Position numbers and translations under genes: made by a program
Shown here: in pieces, positions 24,456-35,815 of the stretch
Layout of the letters: every line of letters begins with the position of its first letter
Numbering within the stretch: the first letter of the stretch is position 1
Notes under the pieces: generated by a model
The model's input: the letters and a program-made list of their open reading frames with translations, nothing else
Told to the model about the DNA's origin: nothing
Databases searched by the model: none
NCBI GenBank assembly: GCA_009103225.1
Contig: RHPI01002836.1
Span: forward strand, 1-64,000
Direction of reading: 5' to 3'
From: Chlorokybus atmophyticus
Lineage: Eukaryota > Plantae > Mesostigma and Chlorokybus algae
DNA: 64,000 nucleotides

Positions 24456-25033
24456 CTCTCTCTCCGTTTCGCATTGTTTGTTCATCAATCAAGGTCGCAT
24501 AATATTGTGACGACCGTACTTACCTCTTGGCTAGTGCATGAGCGGGAATCCCGCGTGCATGAGCAGGGTACGGATTGCGCTAGCTAACGCCAGCTGACGC
24601 CTGAACAAGCCGCGAGGCCCGTGCAGGCGCAGCGGCGCCTGTATAGGTTTTTATTTAGTCTTTCAGGCTCAATTTCGAGTAACCAGCGGTGATGCTCACT
24701 GCCCGCCTGTACATGTGTTTGTTAACCGCGGTCATGCACATTAGCATCGATCGCGTTTAGTTGGTACGGTTATCGGCATATTCTTGTTGACAAATGACAC
24801 TTTTAGGGTTAGGGTGGTGACGGCTCCACAGGCTGTTTCGTAGGCCAATTGGCAGCCGATTGCGTAGGCGAAAGTGCCTCGACGTTTCGGCGGCTCATAT
24901 GTGTCTGTTTTGGGTCGTGTGGCGCATTCGTATTTCTGAAACGTCTTTGTGCTCCTTGGTTGTTGTTGCCGCTGGTGTTGTGTATTATCGTGCTTGAGTG
25001 TAGTTTGGGGTAGGTTTGGGGTAGGTGTTGGCG

Positions 25034-26110
25034 ATGGCCCGCACAAAGCAGTGCAGTCGTCGCGTCGATGGTGCTTACCCGCGTCCTCGGGGTCCTGGTG
25101 GGCGGTTTGTTGTTGGCGCCGCTGCACCTGCTGGCGAAGGTGCAATTGTTGCACATGAGCAAGCCTTGCCGGCTGCGCCCCCCGCACGTCCTCGCCGCAA
25201 GTAAGGAGTTGTCCTAGCATATGTCTTGATATATACTTGTTGGTGATTTGGGTGTTCATGTAGGCCACGCGTTACGCAACCCCTGCGCGAAATCCGGCGG
25301 ATGCAGAAGAGCACCGCTCCGATTATCCCCAGGTTGTCTTTTTGCAAAGTTGTGCGCGGATGTGTTAACGCTCTTCTCGCTGACGAGAAATACGGTATGC
25401 AATTTGTAATTGAATTGTTTGTATTGCATATATACTGAAGCGGTGTTGCAGCTGACGTGTTTCACACACCCACCTTTTGCTGGAGGGCTGAAGCCCTGAG
25501 TGCACTTCAGGAAGCTGGGGAGATGTTTGTTACCGAATACATGCAGGACATGTAAGTTGCGTTGTGTGCTTGTTCATGGTGGCAGGCTTTTGATGATTGA
25601 TGTTTGACATGTTGTGTCAATGATAATCCATAATGATGCAGGAACCTGCTTGCCCTTCATGGTCGTCGGGTCACAATCATAAAGAAGGACAGTGACCTGA
25701 GCAAGGTCTTCCGCGGGGATGCCCTGAACCCCGGCACCGTCGATTTTCACGAGTGGCAAGCCCATGACCCGCGGTACACCAACACTGTCGTCAACCGCCG
25801 TCGCATCATGAAGGCGAAGCTCAAGGACAAGCGCCGCATCCGCAAAGAGCGTCAGCGTGTTGCGAAAGCACGTCGCCGGCAGCGGGCGCTTGACCGCGGC
25901 CAAGAGCCCCCCGAAGAAGTAGCGACGTCTGAGTCTCCGCCTTCATCGGAGGACGATGAAGCAGCATGGCGTCGTAGGCGACGAGGAGTGCAGCGGCGGC
26001 AGGAAGAGATAGAGGAGATCCTGGAGGAGGTGGATCCGCCGGATGCGGAGGTAGACTCTTCGGAGCCGGAGCATGAGGAGCAGTCGGAGGAGGGTAGTCC
26101 TCCGCCTTAG
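25034..26110 (+). CDS. Divergent histone H3/CENH3-like protein, 288 aa, with 130-aa C-terminal extension; exons 25034-25200, 25264-25394, 25452-25551, 25642-26110
   Basis: Spliced translation MARTKQCSRR...PRRKPRVTQPLREIRRMQKSTAPIIPRLSFCKVVR...FCWRAEALSALQEAGEMFVTEYMQDMNLLALHGRRVTIIKKDSDLSKVFRG matches H3 alphaN-alpha3. Three GT-AG introns with consistent phases (2,1,2); 867 nt open to TAG. Confidence 0.9.
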
Positions 26111-26403
26111 TAGCGTGGTTACTGTAGATTACTTTAGAGATTACTATCAATTTTAATTGTTATTAGTTGTAGTCGTGTGGTTGTGCGGCAGTTGTAATTA
26201 CAGATGACGTTTTTGGCTTTTAATGTTATATGTCGCACATATTGTTACTATATTTTTGGCTTTGTGTTGGGCAGGCGCTTTTTACAAATGCGCTTTTATT
26301 TGCAAAACATGCATGAATCATACACCTATCCGGGTTGATGCTGGGGAACCTAGTTGCCACTAATACAGCAAATGCAATGCGTTGTCTAATGAGGAGGCGA
26401 CAT

Positions 26404-27594
26404 TTACTTCATGATGTCGTTTCGCTTGAACATCCACCCTTGGCGAGTCTTCGGTGGTGCTCCTACCAAGGTATTCAAGTTGGGCACTCCTTGACGACGC
26501 AGCTTCAGTGTCAGCGTGGTTTCTGCCGCATCAATTTCTGCTTGCAAGTCGTAGGAACCCATCACCTCCATGGTGACTTGTTTTTTAAACGGGGCATCTA
26601 TCAACACATCTTTCATTGTTTTGGGCGGTTTACATGCGTGTTGGGTGAACCGTTGGTGGGGATGAATGGATTGCCCCACGTACACACCACCTGACAATTC
26701 GTGATTATTGTTTGTGTTGTAGCAGGGTATGTTCAAGTTGCACATGCGTATTGTACCTATTGGTGTATGCGTCAGTTTGTAAAGGTGGTACTGCTGGCTC
26801 CCACGCTGGATCTGGTGTGTGTTTTTTTGGTGGCGGGCTCTGCGGTAGTTGGTGTTACCGTGGACATGCTTGATTGCGTTGGGACGGTAGATGGCGAAGC
26901 AATGTCGCAGCAGTCCTGGAGATAAGTCCTCATTTGTCTCTGACGTTGTGGTGTCAGCGTTGATCCTTCCTTTTCAGCGACTTTCTCCAGTGCGTCAATG
27001 ATCTTGGCTGCCTCTTCTTGAGTCAAATGCTTGCACTTTTCCCACGTTGCCGCTTTGTACTCAGATAATTTCCAACAGCTGCACTGACTGGATGACCCTT
27101 GTCTTTCCGTCGCGCTCGAGTTCCCGGTTCATGATCTCGCTGAGCGCCTTGAACGCGTCGTACCTATTCATGTTGGGGCCGAATTGCTTGCCAAACTTGG
27201 CGAAGAAGTATTTGGCGGATCCTGATGCACGACCTTGTTAGATCATCACTGGGGTGTTACCAAGAGCAGTAGCAATTTGCAACTTTGTAGTTATCACAAA
27301 CTTGGTATGAACGTGTGGTTTATTACCTGTAGGTGCGCCGACTTCCTGTTGATTTTTGCGCTTCCAATCCTTTTCGTTCTGTCTTGCTTTTGTGATCATG
27401 CGGTCGATGTCGGTGTAGGAACTGTCGTAGCGATCATAGTATTCCTCCGGTAAGTACCCAAGGCTGTCCAGCAACCGCCGCTGGTTGACAGTCAAAGGTA
27501 GCGGCTCGTCCCTCAACGGAGTGTCCGTTGCCGGATCAGGGTCGTCGAGCTGCTTGACCGCAGCCTCGAACGCAGCGCTGAAGAGGTCAGCCAT
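26404..27594 (-). pseudogene. Helitron-associated gene: short helical repeats followed by a GIY-YIG endonuclease (spliced, with frameshifts)
   Basis: ATG at 27594 (MADLFSAAF) follows a 5'UTR intron. Splicing ATAG|GT..CAG|GT gives YHLYKLTHTPIG-GVYVGQSIHPHQRFTQH...AAE...PNLN (GIY/YIG, Arg, Glu, Asn). Confidence 0.7.
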
Positions 27595-27989
27595 CTGTGT
27601 CGCACAGGAAGTTAATGCTCTGCCACAAATGGCACGCGACGTTTCAAAACACTTACTGCTTCTCGACGGCGCCGCTGCCTGGCCTGTCTGTTCTAAAATG
27701 GTGGTGGTTTCGCTGCCGCCGCCGCCGCCGCCAAAGCCGCGGCCTACCACAATTGCTGCGACTGGAGTGGTCGATTGCTTTATGCGATTGTCCGCGCCGC
27801 CGCGCCAATCCGCGGCCTATTACAACGGTGTGATAGGTCGATGGCCTTATCCATTCATGGCGTTACGCATAACGTTAGGTCATGTAGTTAGCGTTATATA
27901 TACGTTCTTCGATCTTTCTGCGTATATGCATATTGGCATATTTACATGTATGAACGTTTCGCAGCAGGCCACGCGCATCTTGCAACGTG

Positions 27990-30900
27990 TTAGACGCGTT
28001 CGTTGCTCTGAAACGTCTGTGTCGGTGTTAAATCTTGCGGTGCGGGCAATTCTTTCAACTTGAGGTAGGATCTGTGTGTCACCCTTGACAGCGCTACATA
28101 CCACATGCCAGAGCAGAAAGCGTGCTGAATGTCGACGAATGCGGTATGTGCAATGGTCATTCCTTGACATTTGTGAGCGATGACAGCATAGGCCAGTTGC
28201 ATAGGGAATGTACATTTGAAGTACGTTTGCCTTGTGTCATAGCAGTATTTTCGGTCGCTGCGGGTGACCCGGACTATGCGATCAATGTCATGCAATTGCA
28301 CGTGGATTGCCTTCATGTCAGCTAGCAACGAATCTGGATCTAATTCAATGGCGGTGACAGTACCGGTGGAGCCGTTTGTGATGCCCCGACGGGTATCTGA
28401 TTTCATGAACAGTACACGTGCACCAATGCACACCGATTGCATGTGGTGGAAGTTAGGTTCTTCCAAAAACTGCAGAATTCTTGTGTCTATTGTGTTGTCA
28501 GGGCAGTTGTGTTTGATGTTAACTTTTGTAATGACCGCATCAGGGCATATTTTTTGCAATATGAGATGGTTGTATACCATTGTGTGTCGACAACATGGGA
28601 ACAAATGACCATGATTTCTCCTGGAGTCTGTAAGACGGTTTGGAAATCACAGACGCACGATGCTAAGACTTCTCTTATTTGTTCGCTCGAAGGAATAGCG
28701 TGCCGGATTTGCGAAAGAAATTGCGCGAAGTGCGGATCCTGTTCTTGTTGGATAGAACTTGTCAGATGCATAACTTTTGCATCAGTCCACCAATGACTGG
28801 TCGTGATTTGACATTGTAGGCATGGTTTAACTCGATGATGGCATACGGCTGGCAGCTGGTGCATGTCACCGACTAGAATCACTGTGACCATTTCCAGTAT
28901 AGTCATAAATGCATGCACGGTTTGCATGCGATGCATAATCAGAACGTTCTGCTTGTGAGCATCGAGAATTCGTCTATAATCAGCACGTCCATAGTTGCAA
29001 TGCCCAAGTACGCTGCATCGGTCGGGTACAATGTGCTCATAAAGCCATCATTGCGAAAAGGCAATTTAAAGGCGCTATGAACTGTGGTGGCTGCAGGATG
29101 TATTCTTTTTGCTGCAGCTCCGGTGCTAGCGGTCGGGAACACATGTTTTCCGTGGCGTGCATAATGTGATGCGAGTGTTTTAATCATATGTGTTTTGCCA
29201 CTACCCGGAGTGCCGCTAAGAACATACAATCCTTCACCACTATTGATTATGTCGTTGAATATTGACCGTTGTGAGCCCATCAAGTTGTCGGCAGTGTACA
29301 TATTAAAGTCACGTTCAAACATGTTTGTATCATCGGTATCTGTGATTACGTCAATCGAAGATGGTATAGGTGTCGTATGCATGTTGTGCATTCTTTGTTG
29401 AATGATGTTCGACAACAATTCGCCATCGACCTCTTTTTGCAGATGCCTTTGTGTATACTGATGCAAGTGCTCATCAATGTTGTCGACATCCACTATTCCT
29501 CGAGTAATGCATTCTTGTAAACAATCAGCGTTTTCAGATGGTTGTGTTTGATTCTCCGTTCGAAATGGAACCTTTTGCAATAGCACATTGTAAAAATACG
29601 CTTGCATGTGATGTGTTGGATGATAATCGGTAAACCTGATTATTTTGGGCTGGCATAAGCGATACACATATTTCGTGGTGGTGTGTATGGTGACACCCAT
29701 GAAGTCAATGTACTTGTTTGTGGAATGGTCAGATTGGATCGTAGCATGCGTTTTGCTGTCGACACAACCGTATTCTCGAAAATAATCATAAAACGTAACG
29801 TGTTTAAGTGAGGCTGGCCGTGCGCAATACTTGTCTACGTTATGTTGATTGGCGCCACGACCTATGTTTATCACGCGGAATTGTCTGGGTCTTGAATCCA
29901 AGTATTCCACAGATGATGACATATGCACTATTGGTATATTGAGTAATACCAAAGCTGCTTCCGCAGGGCTCACAGGTTTCGACATGTACAGCGCTGACGT
30001 AACGCGCAGTTCGGCGTCGATCATTTCTTTTAAACCCAAACACCGTGCAGCATCAGGATTGAGATTGAGTTTACCAAATGGTTCAGACTTAACTGCGTAT
30101 TTCAACACGTAATATGACCATGCCTCATGGCATATGCGTTGTAAATTGACGTGCGCGCCCCATAATAACGCGATAGCGGGGTGGCATGGTACTACATTGC
30201 GATCGCAATGGCGGGGACGATAATATAAATAGCGACGTTGATGCGCATCGTACTTACAAGTGTCGGTGTGTACAGCAAATGGAAACCCATATTGGCATGG
30301 CCCTTGTTTCCGACAACCATCTTCGCGACATGTATGCCTCCATTTTGTTATGATATGGTCAAACAACTTTTGTTGTATCAGATCTTGCGGACGTATGAAT
30401 CTGTTTGTTGCTGAGTCTACATCTGCAGGAACCATTGCTGTAATCTCGTTGCTTACGCGGTTGACATCTTGTGGAGCGACCCACAGCATAATATGTGCAT
30501 GTACAGATCCGCGGTGCTGTACCTCATAACGCAACACGTGATGCTGCACTTCGCCCAAAATACCTTTGCCCAATATGAATTGTTTTAAAAACTTTGTGCA
30601 TCTTTCCTGAAATAGTATCGCTCCTTCTACGGGACAATCACGCCATGTCATGTTCGAATTGATCGATTGCACAACATTTTTGAGATGATCAAACTCTGCC
30701 CAGCGTGACGACGACACCTCGTAAGCCGTTAAAGTCAGGAATAATGAAGGTAGACCCCAATGATTGACTAACGTCACAACATCCATCAATTGATTCTTGT
30801 GCCATAATGGCGACTGTGGCACTGTACTGGGTATATGATACTTAATAATATTTTGGTACGCCATGTCATCTGTACTGAAGGGATGTTGTTTTTTGTATTT

Positions 30901-32118
30901 GTTAAACTCTTTCTCAATACATACTGTATAGCGCATACTCATAACGCGGCATGCTTGCCGAACTTGATACATCAATAACAAGTATGGTTTGTACAATGTG
31001 TACACCGAAAATAAACAAGAGAGACGATATGACAAATATGTTCCAATGTTGCACGTACCGCTGAAGTCATGCCCGCCAGATGGATATAAGAACGGGAATA
31101 ACGCCATTTCTACGGACATGTTAGCGCTGCGTGTGGTCATGGGAGAAATGAAGAACTCAACTTCTTCTTGCGTATCGCGTTGCATCAAATTTCCAGCAAA
31201 AAGCTTTCCATTGTATTTCAGCGTATTGCGCGATTTTGACATGCTACCCGCTTCAACGGGTACGCATGTAGATATTGCACGATGCATTTCGGTTCCAAGA
31301 TCAACAGCATTGGGGTTACGCACAATATAATGACTTACTAAGCTTGCGATCACATCTACAGTCAACACAACCACTCCGAGATTACGTCGTGGCTGTTCCA
31401 TCATTGTGCGATAGTATTTAACATACACATTCTGCGCTAGCATTTCGCATAAGATATCTTGCAAAACTGTGGCATGCCCATCTAATAGCAAACTATTATC
31501 TGACCATTGTATTAACGGACCAGTAAAGACGGATTCAACGTCAATGCCACCATGCGTGTAACCATAATTGTGGTATTGTTTTTGCAGACTTAGTCTCGTG
31601 TTTAATAAAGATAACATCTTGATGTGCAAGGGCTCTGAAATTTACAGGCGTTTGATATGTCGGGGCGTAAATGCGCTTAAAAACTCTGTTTTGCAATCAT
31701 GTTTACGATGATTGCAAAACACGAGACTAAGTCTGCAAAAACTTAGTCTCGTGTTTTGCCGTATATATCTATCCATATACAGATTGACTAACAAATACGG
31801 AGGGTGTGTAAGGTTGGCAAACGGTCGCACCTTGGTGTGCGTGCCATCATTGCTGATTTGCACACGCCCGCAACACCAGCAACACAACATCAACACGAAA
31901 GTTTGGTTACAAACGGCCGTCCACGACTTTAATTGCATGGAAAACAACGCATGTGATACAGTTGCCATACACTGCAACAATAACGTACTCATAGTTCTGA
32001 CGTGCAAGAAACACCGTCGTTTCGGACGATACAGGGCCTTCAAGTTTCTCTCCCAAGCGCCATACAGCTTCCGAATCGTCTGCGCCACCGCCGCGCTCAA
32101 TCCGCGCCAGGCGCACAA
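27990..32118 (-). pseudogene. Helitron RepHel (HUH Rep plus PIF1 helicase), with stop/frameshift
   Basis: 896-aa ORF 28939-31629: PSLFLTLT (Rep1), YEVQHRGSVHAHIMLW (Rep2), YVLKYAVK (Rep3), GTPGSGKT, STGAAA, IIDEFSM. Downstream ORFs: VGDMHQLPAV, NGSTG, FPMQLAYAVIAHKCQG, YVALSRV. Confidence 0.95.
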
Positions 32119-32625
32119 GGGTTAGGCAATCAAATCAGCGGCTGACAGCGATGTCTACTGGTATATATTGCTGTTCTGTACCGTCATTAGATGTAGTGCG
32201 ATAGTTTTTGTTAATCTACGACTGTGGGGCCGCCACGCGCCTACCTATACGCGCGTCACGTCCAGACTCAATGTATGACGTATCACGTGTTCCCTACACG
32301 GTAAACAACAAATGGCAAGGCATTAGCGATACCGTCAGCCATTAACGGCACGGGGCCATCGTACTGGAATATAGTTGTACATCACGTACACGGCAAACGG
32401 TAAATGCATTCCTGGTTGAGTTTGTTGCCATTACCGTTCAAGGCACAGTACCATCGTATGGGAGTACAGTCGTACATGGGGTCAACGGCAAACGGTGAAT
32501 ACATTGATGGCTAAGACTAGTGAATTTCGTCGTTTACAGTTAACACGGACGTTCCAGAACAGCAGCCTGCTTGTGCGCGTAATATAAGGCCACTAGTACA
32601 TTTTGAAACGTTACTAGACCCCTAA

Positions 32626-34945
32626 TCAGTCATCACTACATTCTAGTAAACCTTTGCGATACACACGCCGCACAATGTTAATAAATTCTTCTTCGCTCAA
32701 AGTCTTAGTGTAGTCTAACACAAAAGAAGCCACCTGCGCGTTGATGAGATCTTCAGCGGTGTCATCGCGCTTCACAGGCCGTGAGCTCGGTCCACCTTCC
32801 TCTGTCTTGCCTGCGCTTGGCCCAGTAACCACTGTGATGTGTACATTGTGTAATTTAAAACAAACTGGCAATGACTGCCAAAAGCAATAACGCACACACA
32901 CGTTCCATTACAAATACCTTTGAGTGAAGGCGAGGGCAACCTAGGTCTTTTGCGGCAACTTTCAGCAGGAGTGATATGTGGTCGAGGAGTGGGCAACGCC
33001 AGCGAAACCGACCGTGCCTCCAATGTGACGTCTGTAGGCGCGGGCAGGGCCAGGGCAGCTGCATGTGCTCTGGCTGTAGCGGGCAACGTTAGCGTGACCG
33101 GCGGTGCCTCCAATGTGAGGTTTGTAGGGGCGGGCAGGGCCAGGGCAGCTGCATGTGCTTGGGGCTGTAGCGAAGCTCGCTTGCATGATGGCCTGAATGT
33201 CTGGCAACCGCATAGTAGTGCCGTAGTTGCCGGTGTTGCCATGGCAATACAAGAAGTGACCACGTCTAATGAATACCTCGGTCTCCTGTTGCAACCGACT
33301 GACGCGGCAGTCTTGTGCAGCCATACTCCAGACCCAAACTACCCACCGAGCCTCGAATAACTGGAATCAACGATCAACATTACATCTTCAGAACCTTGCT
33401 GAAGGGGGGCGTGCAAGTCGTCATCGCCCGGGACTTCGGCTCGCTGAGGAGCGGCTTCGTCTTCCTAATCGGACTGATCGCTTTCGTCATGAAAAAGATT
33501 CTCTTCTGAGTCGGAGCCAGGGTCAGGAGGGGCGCAAGGTGGTGCTGTCGGCGCCAAGGACATAGCGACATCTGAGGTATACACTAACACTGGAAGACCA
33601 GCGCGTTGGCGACCTACCTGCGAAACATTACTGACAGCAATTATGCCTGCTTCAGCATGCTGTAACAATGTCTACTGTACACAAACTGCGTACCTTCAGC
33701 CACGTCCCACATGCTGGTCTCATCGTGTATGTCTTCGGTGACATCCACACCATCTGCGTCCATGTCGAAAAGCGCACTGAGGCAAGATTTCTTCTTCATG
33801 CCCACCACACAAGCAGCGTTCTCTAAACGCACAAATAGACGCTGATCGCTTTCGCGAAAAAACACCGGAATGGCATTCAAAAACATCTCCGGCGCTTGTG
33901 CTGCGATCAGACAAAATATATAAATTGAACATTCATCGTGACGATGCCCACAATGCTCAACTAGCTGACATGGTGATGCTGTGTCGTCGTCGGTGAAAAT
34001 GTCCCATTGCCCGATCAATGGCTCCATGGCTGCCGGGCAACGCGACCGCCACCAATTAAAGCGGAAAAAAATAATATATTGTGCATAATATGCGTGCAAC
34101 TCTTCACCAACTATTGGTACCTGGCGCATGGAGTGAACTCAGTTGCTACCACAGCATCCATGCTCACATATATCCCTACCTCGCGGCTAGTCAACTGGTT
34201 GCGGATCAGTCGACGAGACACATCAACTCGCTGCTCCTTGAACCATTCCCTCTCATCAGGATCTTCAAAAGGCTTTGAACCACCACGACACCATGTGATG
34301 GCATGGTCACAAAACCTCAGTACAAAAGAAAGATCAATGGTGCGGTTTTCAGGCGCACGCCCTTCCATGACGTTCAAGCAGCGTGTTCATGGCAAAATGT
34401 GTCGTCACATCAGATGACATGAGAACAGCTAGCAAAGCTTTCTCCTCATCAACCCAATGTTTCGCCGCAGGGTGATCACCATAAGCGCTTTCCGCATTCA
34501 CAGCGTTGGCAGCTTGCAAAACGTCAGCAGGTGGCATAAAGGGGAACAACGTACCGTCCACCTACCGAACATGTCATGATGACCAATTGTCATGCATTAT
34601 CACTATGCATTGAATACCCACACAATGTAATTTACCTTGAGGTAATGGTTCACTTCATCGGGTGTCCACCAACGCTCAACAGAAACCCCGACATCCCCCA
34701 CAGCACTTGCGCTTCCATCAACACCTGACATTATTACAAGAACAGGCCTACTCACAACCACCGCAAATATAGCAGTGCATCCAAGCGCCACCACGCCACC
34801 ACCACACTAACGTCCGCCGCCAGATGCACGTTTCGCAAACAACAACACGCCGCACAAGGCATGCTGAGGCCATATACGTTTCCGAAACGTCGAAGCAGAT
34901 TAGGCTGCGACATCGGCTGTGAAATCGACTGCACAACTCGCCCAA
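32626..34945 (-). other. Uncharacterised multi-exon ORF cluster upstream of RepHel (probable Helitron cargo gene)
   Basis: Chain of same-strand ORFs (34603-34794, 34349-34561, 34111-34377, 33641-34129, 32772-33263, 32626-32901) with protein-like composition, an acidic stretch and a 90-bp internal repeat (ALALPAPT x2). No family recognised. Confidence 0.45.
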
Positions 34946-35343
34946 TCGTGACGCGTAACGGTATCCGACACAAAGTCACGCGCGCTTCATAACTGCGTTG
35001 CGTCCAACGTTTCAGAAACGATGACACGCCGCACAAGGCATGCTGAGACGATATGCGTATCCGAAACGTCGAAGCGATTAGGCTGCAGAAAGCGGCTGCG
35101 AAATCGACAGCACACCTCGCCTAATCGTGACGCGTGACGGAATCCGACACAAAGTCACGCGCGCTTCATAATTGCGTTGCGTCCAACAGTTCGAAAACGA
35201 CAACACGCCGCACAAGGCATGCTGAGACGATATGCGTGTCCGAAACGTTGAGGCGATTAGGCTGCAGAAATCGGCTACGAAATCGACTGCACCACTCGCC
35301 TTATCGTGACGCGTGACGGTATCCGACACCAAGTCACGCGTGT
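34846..35343. repeat. 179-bp tandem repeat, ~2.8 copies
   Basis: CACGCCGCACAAGGCATGCTGAG starts at 34846, 35025 and 35204. Confidence 0.95.
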
Positions 35344-35815
35344 TTAATGACTAAATAACATCCAACGGCCCACATATACTAAACGACGCCACGTGCTCTC
35401 CGCTAACGACGTTGATATCCTGGGGGGCGTCCGACAATACACCCAACCTATGCATCTATGCTGAAGTTCGCGGGCGTTAAGATAGGGTGCTTCACGGCGG
35501 CAATCAATACATACACGAGCGATCATAGAATAAAAATCACGTACCACAAATCGTGACGAGTAACGGTATCAGACACAAAGTCACGCGTGTTTAATATCTA
35601 AATAACATCCAACGGTAAACATATATTGAACAATGCCACGTGCGCTCCGCTGACTCCGTTGATTTTTTGGTGGGCGTCCGACTACACACTCAAGCTGTGC
35701 ATCTATGCTTAAGTTCGCGGGCATTAAGATAAGGTGCTTTGCCGCGTGCTACGCCGCGGCGATCAGTACATACACGACATTCATAGCGCGAAATACAAAT
35801 CACGTGCCACGCGTT
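35315..35815. repeat. ~247-bp tandem repeat, 2 copies
   Basis: AAGTCACGCGTGTTTAAT..CTAAATAACATCCAACGG recurs, with GTTTAAT at 35342 and 35589. Confidence 0.85.

Noticed and set aside
24801-24813. TTAGGGTTAGGGT as an interstitial telomere
   Set aside because: Only two units; more consistent with a promoter telo-box or chance.
25574-25903. 109-aa minus-strand ORF (MAAVKRPL...) and the 100-aa ORF at 25808-26110 as stand-alone genes
   Set aside because: The first is antisense to histone exon 4; the second is the in-frame tail of that exon.
33641-34794. Ulp1/OTU protease call for the Helitron cargo
   Set aside because: Only scattered residues match and the spacing is not convincing, so it is left as unknown.
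34846-35815. Repeats as a CRISPR array
   Set aside because: Units are 179 and 247 bp, homologous over their full length, with no unique spacers; the context is eukaryotic.
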